64,000 nt of DNA from Pseudomonadota bacterium (GTDB taxonomy: Bacteria; Myxococcota_A; Polyangia; Fen-1088): contig JADGRC010000086.1 of assembly GCA_017881245.1 (NCBI GenBank), forward strand, positions 10,273-74,272, written 5' to 3'. This document shows, one piece after another, positions 17,446-26,000 of the stretch (position 1 is the stretch's first letter; each line of letters opens with the position of its first letter). The notes under the pieces were generated by a model, which made no database searches, was not told the origin of the DNA, and worked only from the letters and a program-made list of their open reading frames with translations. The translations under genes and the position numbers were made by a program.

Positions 17446-18918
17446 ATGCACCGCATGAAGATCGGTCTTGTCGCAGCCAGCGTTCTGTTGGCGTTGACCG
17501 TCTGCGAGTACGTTCTTGTTACGGGTCCGCTGAAAGAGGCGACGACGCGCGATGTCGAGGAGCAGTTGGGACGCGCGCAACGCCTGCACAGTGAGCTGTC
17601 CCGACTAGAGGGGCTGGATTTTAGAAACCTGGCATCCACGTTGAGCCGTCGCGCGGGACTGGCGACGGTGTTCGATCGGTCAGACGAAACGGCACGCCGA
17701 CAGGCTGCCTTCGAAGAGTGCGAGGCGATCAACGCGAAGCTGGCCGGGCAGCGGAAGGCGGACATCGTTCTGGTCGCGGACGCACAAGGAAAAGTTATCG
17801 CGCGCGATCTAAACGTGAACGCCATGTTTGGCGAGGACGTTCGCAAACAATTTCCTGCCGTCGAGGCCGCCCTGAAAGGGGTACCCGCCGGTGGCGTGGC
17901 GAGCCTGTCGAATCGCATGGCGGAGATCGCCGCGGCGCCGTTGTCGAAAGCCGATGGCAAGGTCTTGGGCGTGTTGATGATCGGCTATACGGTCACGGCG
18001 CGCGATGCCCAGTCGCGTCGCGATCAATTGGGCGCGGACGTGGGCTACTTCTTCCAAGGCCAGGTGCAAACGTCGAGCCTCGTCGAGGGTTTCGGTCCAG
18101 ACGCCAAGGAGGACGGCAACAAGACCCACGCGCTGAACGCCGCCTTGTTCCCGGCCGCCGGTCCGAAGCCGGGTGTAGAATCGTTGGAGAAAGGCGCCTC
18201 GACGTCGTCATTTCGGGTTTCGCTCGACGGACAGGATTTTCTGGCGATCGCCGCGCCCCTGCATTTGAAGGAAGGGAACGCGGGGTTCGTCGTGTTGCAG
18301 CCTTTGTCGCGCGCCGAGGCCACCGAGGGCGAGGTGGGCTCGAAGGTCCTCCTGTTCGGCTTGCTCGCGATTCTGGTCGCCCTCGGCGCGGCGGTCATGA
18401 CGGCGACTCGCTTCATCAAGCCGCTCGACAAGATCGAGCTTGGCGTGGCCGAGATCATCAACGGCAACATCGACTACACCTTCAGGCCGGTCGGTCCGGA
18501 TTTCGAGGGGCTGTCGAACAGCCTGAATGTGATGCTGGCACGTTTGCTCGGGCGCGAGGAGCCGAACGAAGACGCCGTCGACGAAGAGGAAAACGAAGGA
18601 CAGCGTTGGCAGTCGGATCAGATGGTCGTCGAGGATATCCCGGTCAGCGCGGTGTCTGGACAAGCGGGCGGTGATCCCTCCGTGGCTGCCCTGGCCGGGG
18701 AGAACGAAGGTTCCTACTATCCCCGCCTATTCAACGAATACCTGGCGGCGCTGAAGAGCGCGGGGAAGCCCACGAAAGGCCTGAGCGTGCAGATGTTCAC
18801 GGCGAAGCTGCGCTTGACCGAGGGCGGCCTGAAGCAAAAGTGGAAGTGTAAACAGGTGCGGTTTCGCGTTTCGCAAAGCGGCGGCGAAGTGACCTTGCGT
18901 CCCGTACCGGTGTTTTGA
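17446..18918 (+). CDS. membrane sensor-like protein: periplasmic domain + HAMP + small conserved C-terminal domain, no recognisable output
   Basis: AAGGAG precedes the ATG at 17446. TM1 is 'IGLVAASVLLALTV', followed by a ~290-aa periplasmic region and TM2. HAMP is 'FIKPLDKIELGVAEIINGNIDYTF...LNVMLARLLG'. An acidic linker precedes 'YYPRLFNEYLAALKSAG...VRFRVSQSGGEVTLRPVPVF'. Confidence 0.7.
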   Translation: MHRMKIGLVAASVLLALTVCEYVLVTGPLKEATTRDVEEQLGRAQRLHSELSRLEGLDFRNLASTLSRRAGLATVFDRSDETARRQAAFEECEAINAKLAGQRKADIVLVADAQGKVIARDLNVNAMFGEDVRKQFPAVEAALKGVPAGGVASLSNRMAEIAAAPLSKADGKVLGVLMIGYTVTARDAQSRRDQLGADVGYFFQGQVQTSSLVEGFGPDAKEDGNKTHALNAALFPAAGPKPGVESLEKGASTSSFRVSLDGQDFLAIAAPLHLKEGNAGFVVLQPLSRAEATEGEVGSKVLLFGLLAILVALGAAVMTATRFIKPLDKIELGVAEIINGNIDYTFRPVGPDFEGLSNSLNVMLARLLGREEPNEDAVDEEENEGQRWQSDQMVVEDIPVSAVSGQAGGDPSVAALAGENEGSYYPRLFNEYLAALKSAGKPTKGLSVQMFTAKLRLTEGGLKQKWKCKQVRFRVSQSGGEVTLRPVPVF

Positions 18919-18930
18919 CCTGGGCTGCGC

Positions 18931-20154
18931 GTGCCGCAGAAACCAAGCGTATGGACGGGCCTCGATGCCCTGGGTGCTGATCGAGCTTCCGTCTTGGCGG
19001 GCCGGCGTGTTGGGGTCTTGTGTCATCCCGCGTCGGTCACGGCCGATCTGACCCACGTCGTCGATCGTCTGATTCAACTTGGCGTACAGGTGTTGCGATT
19101 GTTCGGGCCTGAACACGGGGTGCGCGGCGAGGCTCAGGACATGGCGGGGGTGGAAGGCGGTCGCGATCCCCGCACCGGGATTCCGGTGACCAGTCTTTAC
19201 GGGTCGGCGTTCGAGTCACTGACTCCGACGGAGTCGGACCTGGATGGCATCGACGTTCTGGTTGTTGATCTTCAGGATATTGGCAGCCGCTTCTACACCT
19301 ATGTCTGGACCATGGGGCTGGCGATGAAGGCGGCCGCGGCCAAACGGGTTGCGGTCGTGGTTCTCGATCGTCCGAACCCGCTCGGGGGGCTCGCTATCGA
19401 AGGCGGTACCGTTTCATGCGGTTACGAATCGTTCGTGGGCCTGGGATCGGTGCCCGTGCGACACGGATTGACGATCGGGGAGATCTCGAGGTTGATCGCG
19501 GCCGGGATGCCCTGGGGCACGCCGCCCTTCGACAGGCCGCTCGATGTCGACCTGACCGTAGTCGCCATGCGGGGGTGGCGACGCGACATGACGTTCGACC
19601 ATACGGGGCTTCCATGGGTTTTGCCGTCGCCCAACATGCCAACCTTGGACACGGCATTCGTGTATCCGGGCATGTGTCTGGTGGAGGGTACGAACCTGTC
19701 CGAGGGGCGGGGCCTGACGCGCCCCTTCGAAATGGTGGGGGCGCCATTTCTGGATGGCGATCGTTTGGCACGCGATTTGGCCGCGCTGGAGCTGTCGGGG
19801 ACCCGCTTCCGTCCTTTGTCGTTTCGACCCACCTTTCACAAGTTCGGCGGCCAATCCTGCGGTGGGCTCCAGGTGCACGTGACCGATAGGACGACGTTCC
19901 GGCCTCACCTCACGGGTCTGGCCCTGCTGGCCGCCGCGCGCGCCCAGGCGCCCGACGAGTTTCGTTGGCGCACGGAGCCCTACGAGTTCATCAGTCACCC
20001 AATCGCTATCGATTTGTTGAACGGGACGGACGCGATTCGCCTAGCCATCGAGGCCGCCGCGACTCCCGGGGACGCGATTGGCGAACTTGCCGCGCGTTTC
20101 GCGCCGTTCGAACGAGAATTCGCGGAACGCAGGCGGCCGGCGTTGCTTTACTGA
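18931..20154 (+). CDS. DUF1343 family protein (NamZ-like exo-beta-N-acetylmuramidase family)
   Basis: 'VGVLCHPASV', 'LFGPEHG', 'VVDLQDIGSRFYTYVWTM' and 'VVLDRPNPLGG' are typical of DUF1343. GTG start. Confidence 0.7.
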   Translation: MPQKPSVWTGLDALGADRASVLAGRRVGVLCHPASVTADLTHVVDRLIQLGVQVLRLFGPEHGVRGEAQDMAGVEGGRDPRTGIPVTSLYGSAFESLTPTESDLDGIDVLVVDLQDIGSRFYTYVWTMGLAMKAAAAKRVAVVVLDRPNPLGGLAIEGGTVSCGYESFVGLGSVPVRHGLTIGEISRLIAAGMPWGTPPFDRPLDVDLTVVAMRGWRRDMTFDHTGLPWVLPSPNMPTLDTAFVYPGMCLVEGTNLSEGRGLTRPFEMVGAPFLDGDRLARDLAALELSGTRFRPLSFRPTFHKFGGQSCGGLQVHVTDRTTFRPHLTGLALLAAARAQAPDEFRWRTEPYEFISHPIAIDLLNGTDAIRLAIEAAATPGDAIGELAARFAPFEREFAERRRPALLY

Positions 20155-20159
20155 GAGTC

Positions 20160-20714
20160 ATGCGCGTCGCCCTGTTTGGTGGCAGTTTCAACCCGCCGCA
20201 CGTGGCTCACCAACTGGTGGCTCTTTACGTGCTCGAGACGGTCCCCGTGGCCGAGCTTTGGTTCGTTCCTGCCTTCCAGCACGCGTTCGACAAGCCGCTG
20301 GCGGCGTTTGGCGACCGATACCGGATGTGCGAATTGGCCGCCGCCGCGCTGGGATCGCGCGCACGGGTCTCCGACATCGAGGCGCGGCTGGGTGGCCCAA
20401 GCAGGACCCTGAAGACCATCGAACGCCTGCAGCAGGATCACCCGGGGACCGAGTTTTCGCTGGTCGTTGGATCCGATCTGGTGGGCGAGATCGACAGCTG
20501 GTACGGCGGCGAGGCGTTGCGCCAGCGGGTGCCGATCATCGTGGTCGGCCGGACCGGTGGACAAGGTTCCGCGCCGGTGGTCATGCCTGCCGTGAGCTCG
20601 ACCGAGATCCGCGCCGCGATCGCCGCGGGTCGGGACGCGAGCGGGTTGGTTCCACGGACGGTGCTCGACTATATCGCCCAGCGTGGGCTATACGGAATGC
20701 GCGAGACAACATGA
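20160..20714 (+). CDS. nadD: nicotinate-nucleotide adenylyltransferase
   Basis: The ATG at 20160 gives 'MRVALFGGSFNPPHVAH' (HxGH-type motif). 'SSTEIR' is near the C-terminus. 184 aa. Confidence 0.85.
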   Translation: MRVALFGGSFNPPHVAHQLVALYVLETVPVAELWFVPAFQHAFDKPLAAFGDRYRMCELAAAALGSRARVSDIEARLGGPSRTLKTIERLQQDHPGTEFSLVVGSDLVGEIDSWYGGEALRQRVPIIVVGRTGGQGSAPVVMPAVSSTEIRAAIAAGRDASGLVPRTVLDYIAQRGLYGMRETT

Positions 20715-21685
20715 AGAAAGCAAGATCAGCCATGAAATCACCGGAAACGGCAGCGGCGGTGGATCACAGGTCCGGCCTCGACTTTCAGGAGGACTCCGAT
20801 CCCACACCAGTGGTGTTCATCATGGGCGCCGGCGTCGTCGGGACAGCATTGGCCGCGCGGCTGGTGCGGGCCGGCGTCCCGGTGGCGGGTCTACACGGGC
20901 GTCAGGCCGAGCTGTCGGACGCCGCCAGCGCCATCTCGGGCGTGTTGGCGTCGAGCGGGGATATCCCCGACATCCTCAACAGCTCGGACGTGGTGATCAT
21001 CTCGGTTCGGGATGAACGGATCAAAGAAGTGGTCGAGCGTCTGGTGCGCGAAAAGCGGCTCGGCAAGAACCAGATCTTGTTGCACACGTCCGGCGCAAAC
21101 GCGTCGGGCGACATCCTGGCGGCGGGGCGCGCGCATGTGAAAGCTCTCGGGACCCTGCACCCACTCGTGTCATTCGCCGATCCACGGTTGGCGGTCGAGG
21201 GGATGCGGACGGTGGCGTTCGGTCTCGAGGGCGATCCCGCGGCCGTCCGCGTCGCGGGAAAGCTGGTCGCGCTGATGGGCGCGCGCTCCGTGGTTCTGGA
21301 ATCGAAGAACCTGGCGCTGTATCACGCGGGCGCGGTCATGGTGTCGAACTACGTCGTGGCGTTGGCGGATCTGGGAAGGAGCCTGCTCGTCGAAGCGGGT
21401 GTGCCGGCCGATCAGGCGTTGCCCGCGCTTATTCCCCTCATGACCAGCGTGGTCCAGAACCTGGCGCAGGTCGGACTGCCCGGGGCGTTGACGGGGCCGG
21501 TGGAACGTGGGGACGTGTCGTCGGTCGAACGGCACCTCGACATCCTGAAGAAGCGCGCGCCGCAGACGGTCGACCTGTACAAGCTAATTGGACGCGACGT
21601 GCTGCGGATCGCATTGCAAAAGAATCGCCTGGACGCCGACGCGGTCGCGCGCCTCGAGACTTTGTTTGGTGGGCGCGCAAGTTAG
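20711..21685 (+). CDS. Rossmann-fold / DUF2520 domain protein
   Basis: The ATG at 20711 overlaps the nadD stop (ATGA). 'FIMGAGVVGTALAARL' is the dinucleotide fold. 'LYHAGAVMVSNYVVAL' and 'LTGPVERGD' are typical of DUF2520. Confidence 0.65.
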   Translation: MKKARSAMKSPETAAAVDHRSGLDFQEDSDPTPVVFIMGAGVVGTALAARLVRAGVPVAGLHGRQAELSDAASAISGVLASSGDIPDILNSSDVVIISVRDERIKEVVERLVREKRLGKNQILLHTSGANASGDILAAGRAHVKALGTLHPLVSFADPRLAVEGMRTVAFGLEGDPAAVRVAGKLVALMGARSVVLESKNLALYHAGAVMVSNYVVALADLGRSLLVEAGVPADQALPALIPLMTSVVQNLAQVGLPGALTGPVERGDVSSVERHLDILKKRAPQTVDLYKLIGRDVLRIALQKNRLDADAVARLETLFGGRAS

Positions 21686-21769
21686 GGGACGTCCCTCGCG
21701 CGGTTGTGATTTGATCGTTGTTGTCCGGTGTGTGGATACGGAAATCGTCGACTCATAGCAGGAGCTTTC

Positions 21770-22348
21770 ATGTTGCATCGCAATGTCCGCCGCAGTCGTT
21801 TCGCCACGGTTTTCCTTTCGGTTGGTTGGGGGGCGTTTTTCGGTTCGATGGTCCTGCCGGCCGCGGTCGCGCAAGCGGCCAAGCCCGAGGACGTTTTCAA
21901 GGGCAAGATCTTCATCACGAAGGATCGATTGCCTGATCGCTTCCCATCAACTGGAGCATTCATCAGCGCCGTTCAGTCGAGGAAGATCGACAAAGTGTGG
22001 CCCGTGGAGGAGAAGGGTCCCGACCACGGGGTCTGGAAGCTGGAGTACATCGCCTTTTTCGCCCAGCCGCTCGATGACAACGAGATCCAGCTCAAGTTCT
22101 TCGATATCACGGGCGGAGAGAGGAAGTTCGTCGCCAGCGATCCCCAATACACCACGGGCAAGAACATGCGTGTCTTTGGCTCGAATATTGAGCTTGCGAA
22201 GCCTGAGTTCGACGTCAACAAGCACTACATGATGACGATGTACTCGAGAGGTAGGGCGATCGCGACGACGACGTTCTGGCTTCGCGGCAAGGGCGCGAAC
22301 TATTCGGGCAAGGTCGAATTTTCGGACGAGGAGACGCGCAAGAAGTAG
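21770..22348 (+). CDS. secreted protein, unknown function
   Basis: AGGAG precedes the ATG at 21770. Signal peptide '...FFGSMVLPAAVAQA'. About 165-aa mature domain with no recognised family. Confidence 0.55.
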   Translation: MLHRNVRRSRFATVFLSVGWGAFFGSMVLPAAVAQAAKPEDVFKGKIFITKDRLPDRFPSTGAFISAVQSRKIDKVWPVEEKGPDHGVWKLEYIAFFAQPLDDNEIQLKFFDITGGERKFVASDPQYTTGKNMRVFGSNIELAKPEFDVNKHYMMTMYSRGRAIATTTFWLRGKGANYSGKVEFSDEETRKK

Positions 22349-22432
22349 TCGGTGGCGATGGATGATCATGGCCCGCCAGAGCCGCGAGCGTCCGCCGGTT
22401 GACCCATCGGTTGGCGGGAGATACAACCCGAA

Positions 22433-23299
22433 TTGGTGACAAACAATTGGCGGGTCGTGATCGGGTTGACGTGCTGTCTGTTGACCGCGCCGGGCGCGAC
22501 GTGGGGAGCCGTCGCTTTCGATCGTTCCATGGCGCCGGTGCATCTTTCGTCCGCGGGCAGAGCGCGCCGGCCTTTGCTTGGGACCGATGAATTGGATCGT
22601 CTGCGGGACGTGCTGGCGGGCACGGATCAGACGGCGATTTTGGCGGCTATCCAAGCTTTGGGGGACGGGGGCGCGGGGAACGCGGCGCCGCTGCTCGTCG
22701 AGGTCCTCGCGGTCGGCGCGCCCGTGCCCGTTACCGTGGCGGCCATCGACGCTCTCAAGAAGCTTCGCGATCCGACGTCGGTCGAGGTGCTGGCGCTGTA
22801 CGCCGGCAATCGCGGCCCCGAGATCCGGAGACACGCGGTGGAGGCGCTGGGAATCTTCGCCGATGGGCGGGTCGTTCCCGTTCTGATGGACCGTTTGGGC
22901 GACGCGGTGGTCGAAGTAAGAGGCGCGGCCGCCCAGGCCCTGGCGACACGCGGCGAGAAAACGGCCACGCCCCGCATGTTGGCCCTGTTGAGGCGCAACG
23001 ACGCGGCCGTCGCTGGTCCGTTGGGCGCTCTGGCTCCCATCTCTCTGCTGTCGGAGATCTCGGAACTGCGAGGCGGAATCGCCGATGATAACTTGGCCAC
23101 GACGCTGGGCGAGCTGCTCAAACGACGCGATGTTCCCGAGTCCGGGCGGATGGAAATCGTCAAGGCCCTGTCGGGGATACCCGGACCGGCGGCGACGACG
23201 GCCCTGATCGAATATGTGGGCATGTTGCCGCCTCAGGATCGACGCGCATCCAGGTCCGAGGCCCAGAGGTCCGTCGACGAACGGGCTAAACAGCCATGA
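22433..23299 (+). CDS. secreted HEAT-repeat protein
   Basis: TTG/GTG start. N-terminal signal-like 'VVIGLTCCLLTAPGATWGA'. Repeated '..A..ALG.....A.P.L...L.D....VR..A..AL' units (PBS-lyase/HEAT-like). Confidence 0.6.
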   Translation: MVTNNWRVVIGLTCCLLTAPGATWGAVAFDRSMAPVHLSSAGRARRPLLGTDELDRLRDVLAGTDQTAILAAIQALGDGGAGNAAPLLVEVLAVGAPVPVTVAAIDALKKLRDPTSVEVLALYAGNRGPEIRRHAVEALGIFADGRVVPVLMDRLGDAVVEVRGAAAQALATRGEKTATPRMLALLRRNDAAVAGPLGALAPISLLSEISELRGGIADDNLATTLGELLKRRDVPESGRMEIVKALSGIPGPAATTALIEYVGMLPPQDRRASRSEAQRSVDERAKQP

Positions 23300-25269
23300 T
23301 CCGCCTGGTGCAAGCGCGTTGTCCCTCCGTGCGTGGCGGTGCTTCTCTCGTTGCGCGCACCGCAAAATGTGCCGTGGCCTTCGGGGTTGTGCTTGCGGTC
23401 GTTTTCGCGGGAGGATGTGGGCAGGCTGACTTGGGGCGGGCCGGAAGCCCGGACGCCATCGCGGCGGCGCTCGGACGATCGACCGTGGTCGTCGGTCGAC
23501 CGATGAACCGAGCGGGGCGACCGATCGCATACCTCGCCCTAGGAGGCGCGCGCGGCGCGCGGCTGATGGCCTTCGATCTCGAGCGGTCAACCGTGCTGTG
23601 GACCGTCAAGGCACCGATGACCGGTCGCGTGGTCGCGGGAGCGTCGGTTGTGACTTACGCGGACGGTGGCGTTCTGGTGGCACGTGATGGGACGACCGGC
23701 GCAGAGCGCTGGCGGAGCGACGTTCCCGCGGGGGAACACCTGGTCGGCTACGCGATGGACGGGGACACCGTCTACTTCGTCGCGCGCCGCGGCCGCGAGC
23801 TGCGGGGAGGCGAGGCGGAGATCGTGGCCCTCGACGGCTCCTCCGGGAGCGTGCTGTGGCGCCGGGCGCTCGGAAGCGCGAACGTGGCGGCTCCGGATGC
23901 TCGCGGTGGTATCGTGGCGGTTCCGAATCGCTCTCAGTTCGTCTCGTTGATGGACGGGCGAACGGGGGAGCCTCTGGGGCAGGTGCTTTCGAAGCAACAG
24001 GCGGTCGATTTCGTGAGGGCCCTGCCCGAGGGCTTCTTCTATGGCTACGGGTCGGATGGTTTCTTTTTGATGTCGGCTGACACTGCGGTTGGAGTGCGGT
24101 CGGCGCCGGGATATCTGCACGTTCCGTTCCCGCCGTTCGTGCGGTCGGTTTATCACTTCGACATGTATCGCCCGGAGCTGATGGACTACTCGGCGATCGA
24201 TCGCAACCGCGTCTTGTGGCGCGCGAAGGTCGAAGGCACCCGCGCCAGCTTCGCCGACGGAACTGTCTGCGTGCTCGATTTCCGGTTTTTTTTCGGATTC
24301 GACGCTGCGTCGGGTACGTTACGTTGGGCGTACAACAATCCGGTGGTCGAGGCCATCGGCGCGGCGCATACCGGCGCCGCGATCGTATTTGCCACGGCCG
24401 ATGGCGATCTGGGAGCCCTGGATCCGCGGACCGGGCAACGGATGTATCGGTTTCACCTGGCGGGCCAAGGCGAAATCGTCACCGGCGCCACGTTCGACGC
24501 CGAGGGTTACGCCCCGCATGGTGGCGACATCGGGGCGTCGGCGTCGCCGTCGCTGGCGGATGTGTTGAGCTCCATCGTCTGGGATCCCGATCGCCGCTTC
24601 TTCGAGGTGCAGACCTTCGCGGTGGATCAACTGTCCCGGATTCCGGGGCGCGCGGTCACGGCAGCCCTTTTGAAGATGTTGAGTCAGGAAGGAATGCCGC
24701 CGGCCATCGTCAATCGCGCGGCGCGGGCGCTCGGGGAGCGGAAAGACCCCGAGGCGGTCGATTTGTTTGTCGACGCGATTCGCGTCCACGCGGACTACGT
24801 CACCTCGTCCAAAGCCGCGAACCTAGACGTGCTGGCGCGGGCCGTCGGCGCATTGCCGGCGACGCAGGCGGCGGAACCGCTCGCCGCGCACCTGCGCCTG
24901 CCCGAAACCGAGCCTTCCACCGTCGTTGAGATCGCGCGGGCCTTGAAGACGATGCGGGCGCGCGAGACCTTGCCGGCTCTACGTGACTATCTCACCATGT
25001 ATCGCGCGGATTCCACATATGAGGGGGATCCATCCGCGCTTTGGGCGGTCGTGGACGCGCTCGCCGAAATGGGTGGCGTCGCGGAGCGGGAACTGCTGCT
25101 CTACCTGGCCGAAGACCAACGGACCCTCCCGGCCGTACGACAGCGTGCCCATCACGCTCTAACCCAGACGGCCCCGGGGAGCGAAGGCACAACGGACAGG
25201 CTGGGGAGCAAAGCGCCAGCGACCGATCCGAGTGGGGCTGCTCGTGCCGTGTCTCCGGCACGCGATTGA
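23296..25269 (+). CDS. PQQ-like beta-propeller (BamB-like) protein with C-terminal HEAT repeats
   Basis: The ATG at 23296 overlaps the upstream stop (ATGA). Repeated 'G.V.A.D..TG...W' blades, e.g. 'VLVARDGTTGAERWRS', 'IVALDGSSGSVLWRR', 'LGALDPRTGQRMYRF'. The C-terminus carries HEAT-like units. Confidence 0.6.
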   Translation: MIRLVQARCPSVRGGASLVARTAKCAVAFGVVLAVVFAGGCGQADLGRAGSPDAIAAALGRSTVVVGRPMNRAGRPIAYLALGGARGARLMAFDLERSTVLWTVKAPMTGRVVAGASVVTYADGGVLVARDGTTGAERWRSDVPAGEHLVGYAMDGDTVYFVARRGRELRGGEAEIVALDGSSGSVLWRRALGSANVAAPDARGGIVAVPNRSQFVSLMDGRTGEPLGQVLSKQQAVDFVRALPEGFFYGYGSDGFFLMSADTAVGVRSAPGYLHVPFPPFVRSVYHFDMYRPELMDYSAIDRNRVLWRAKVEGTRASFADGTVCVLDFRFFFGFDAASGTLRWAYNNPVVEAIGAAHTGAAIVFATADGDLGALDPRTGQRMYRFHLAGQGEIVTGATFDAEGYAPHGGDIGASASPSLADVLSSIVWDPDRRFFEVQTFAVDQLSRIPGRAVTAALLKMLSQEGMPPAIVNRAARALGERKDPEAVDLFVDAIRVHADYVTSSKAANLDVLARAVGALPATQAAEPLAAHLRLPETEPSTVVEIARALKTMRARETLPALRDYLTMYRADSTYEGDPSALWAVVDALAEMGGVAERELLLYLAEDQRTLPAVRQRAHHALTQTAPGSEGTTDRLGSKAPATDPSGAARAVSPARD

Positions 25270-25392
25270 CCGTCGTTCGTGGGGTCTTGGTCGTGCTGAT
25301 TTCGGGTGAAACGTCAAGGGGGCGACCGCCCGTGGGCAGATTTGGTGCAATGGGACTTGCGTGGCGCGGGAAAATGAAGAAATCTCGCCGTT

Positions 25393-25998
25393 ATGCGCAA
25401 ATGTCTTGGAATAGGGTCTCGTGGACTGAGCTTAGGGTCGGTTCTGGTCGCGGTCGTGGTTGGAGCTTGTTCCAACAAAGCGGACGACGGCATGACGGCC
25501 CGGCTGCTTGAGGCCAACAACAAGAATGTGACCTGCCAGAAGGAACTGGCCGAGGCAAAGGCCGCCCGGGACAATCTGAAGCGAGAACTGGCCGTGGCGG
25601 TGGCGAACCCGACCAAGCTTCAGCTTACCGACCCGGAGATCATCGAGCTGATTGCGGACGCGCGCAAGGCGCGCGGCGCGGGCCCCGAATTTGGCCAGGG
25701 CGATCTCAACCCCAAGGAGGCGAGCGCGATCGTTATGCGCGGTGCGCCGGCGCTGCAGGGCTGTTACGAACGCGCCCTAAAGAAGAACGCAGGCCTGCAG
25801 ATGCGGGCCGGGCTGGGGGTTACTCTCGGCATCACGGTGAAACCCGTGGGCGCCGTTGATTCGGTCGACGTTTCACCATCGGTAGACGCCGAGATGACGA
25901 AGTGTATCAAGGCGACCATCAGCCGATGGAAGTTCCCGACGTTCACCGGTCACGCGGTCACGATCGAGCAGAAACTCACGTTGACTCCGAAGACCTAG
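25393..25998 (+). CDS. lipoprotein with AgmX/PglI-type (TonB-C-like) C-terminal domain
   Basis: '...LGSVLVAVVVGACSNK' is a lipobox. A coiled-coil segment follows. The C-terminus is 'LQGCYERALKKN...VDVSPSVDAEMTKCIKATISRWKFP'. Confidence 0.55.
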   Translation: MRKCLGIGSRGLSLGSVLVAVVVGACSNKADDGMTARLLEANNKNVTCQKELAEAKAARDNLKRELAVAVANPTKLQLTDPEIIELIADARKARGAGPEFGQGDLNPKEASAIVMRGAPALQGCYERALKKNAGLQMRAGLGVTLGITVKPVGAVDSVDVSPSVDAEMTKCIKATISRWKFPTFTGHAVTIEQKLTLTPKT

Positions 25999-26000
25999 GT

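Noticed and set aside
18536-18548. sigma54-like 'TGGCACGTTTGCT'
   Set aside because: The GG-to-GC spacing is 9 nt instead of the 12 nt of the TGGCAC-N5-TTGC consensus. The site also lies inside the HAMP protein coding region.
22399-22427. Promoter TTGACC-17-TACAAC in front of the HEAT-repeat gene
   Set aside because: The -10 box is weak, and the site would give an almost leaderless TTG-initiated mRNA. It is plausible but not supportable from sequence alone.
21947-23590. 547-aa ORF on the minus strand
   Set aside because: It lies antisense to the secreted-protein, HEAT and PQQ genes. Its translation is Arg/Pro/Gly/His-rich with no motifs. This is the typical shadow ORF of a high-GC genome, and the + strand genes have recognisable repeats and signal peptides.
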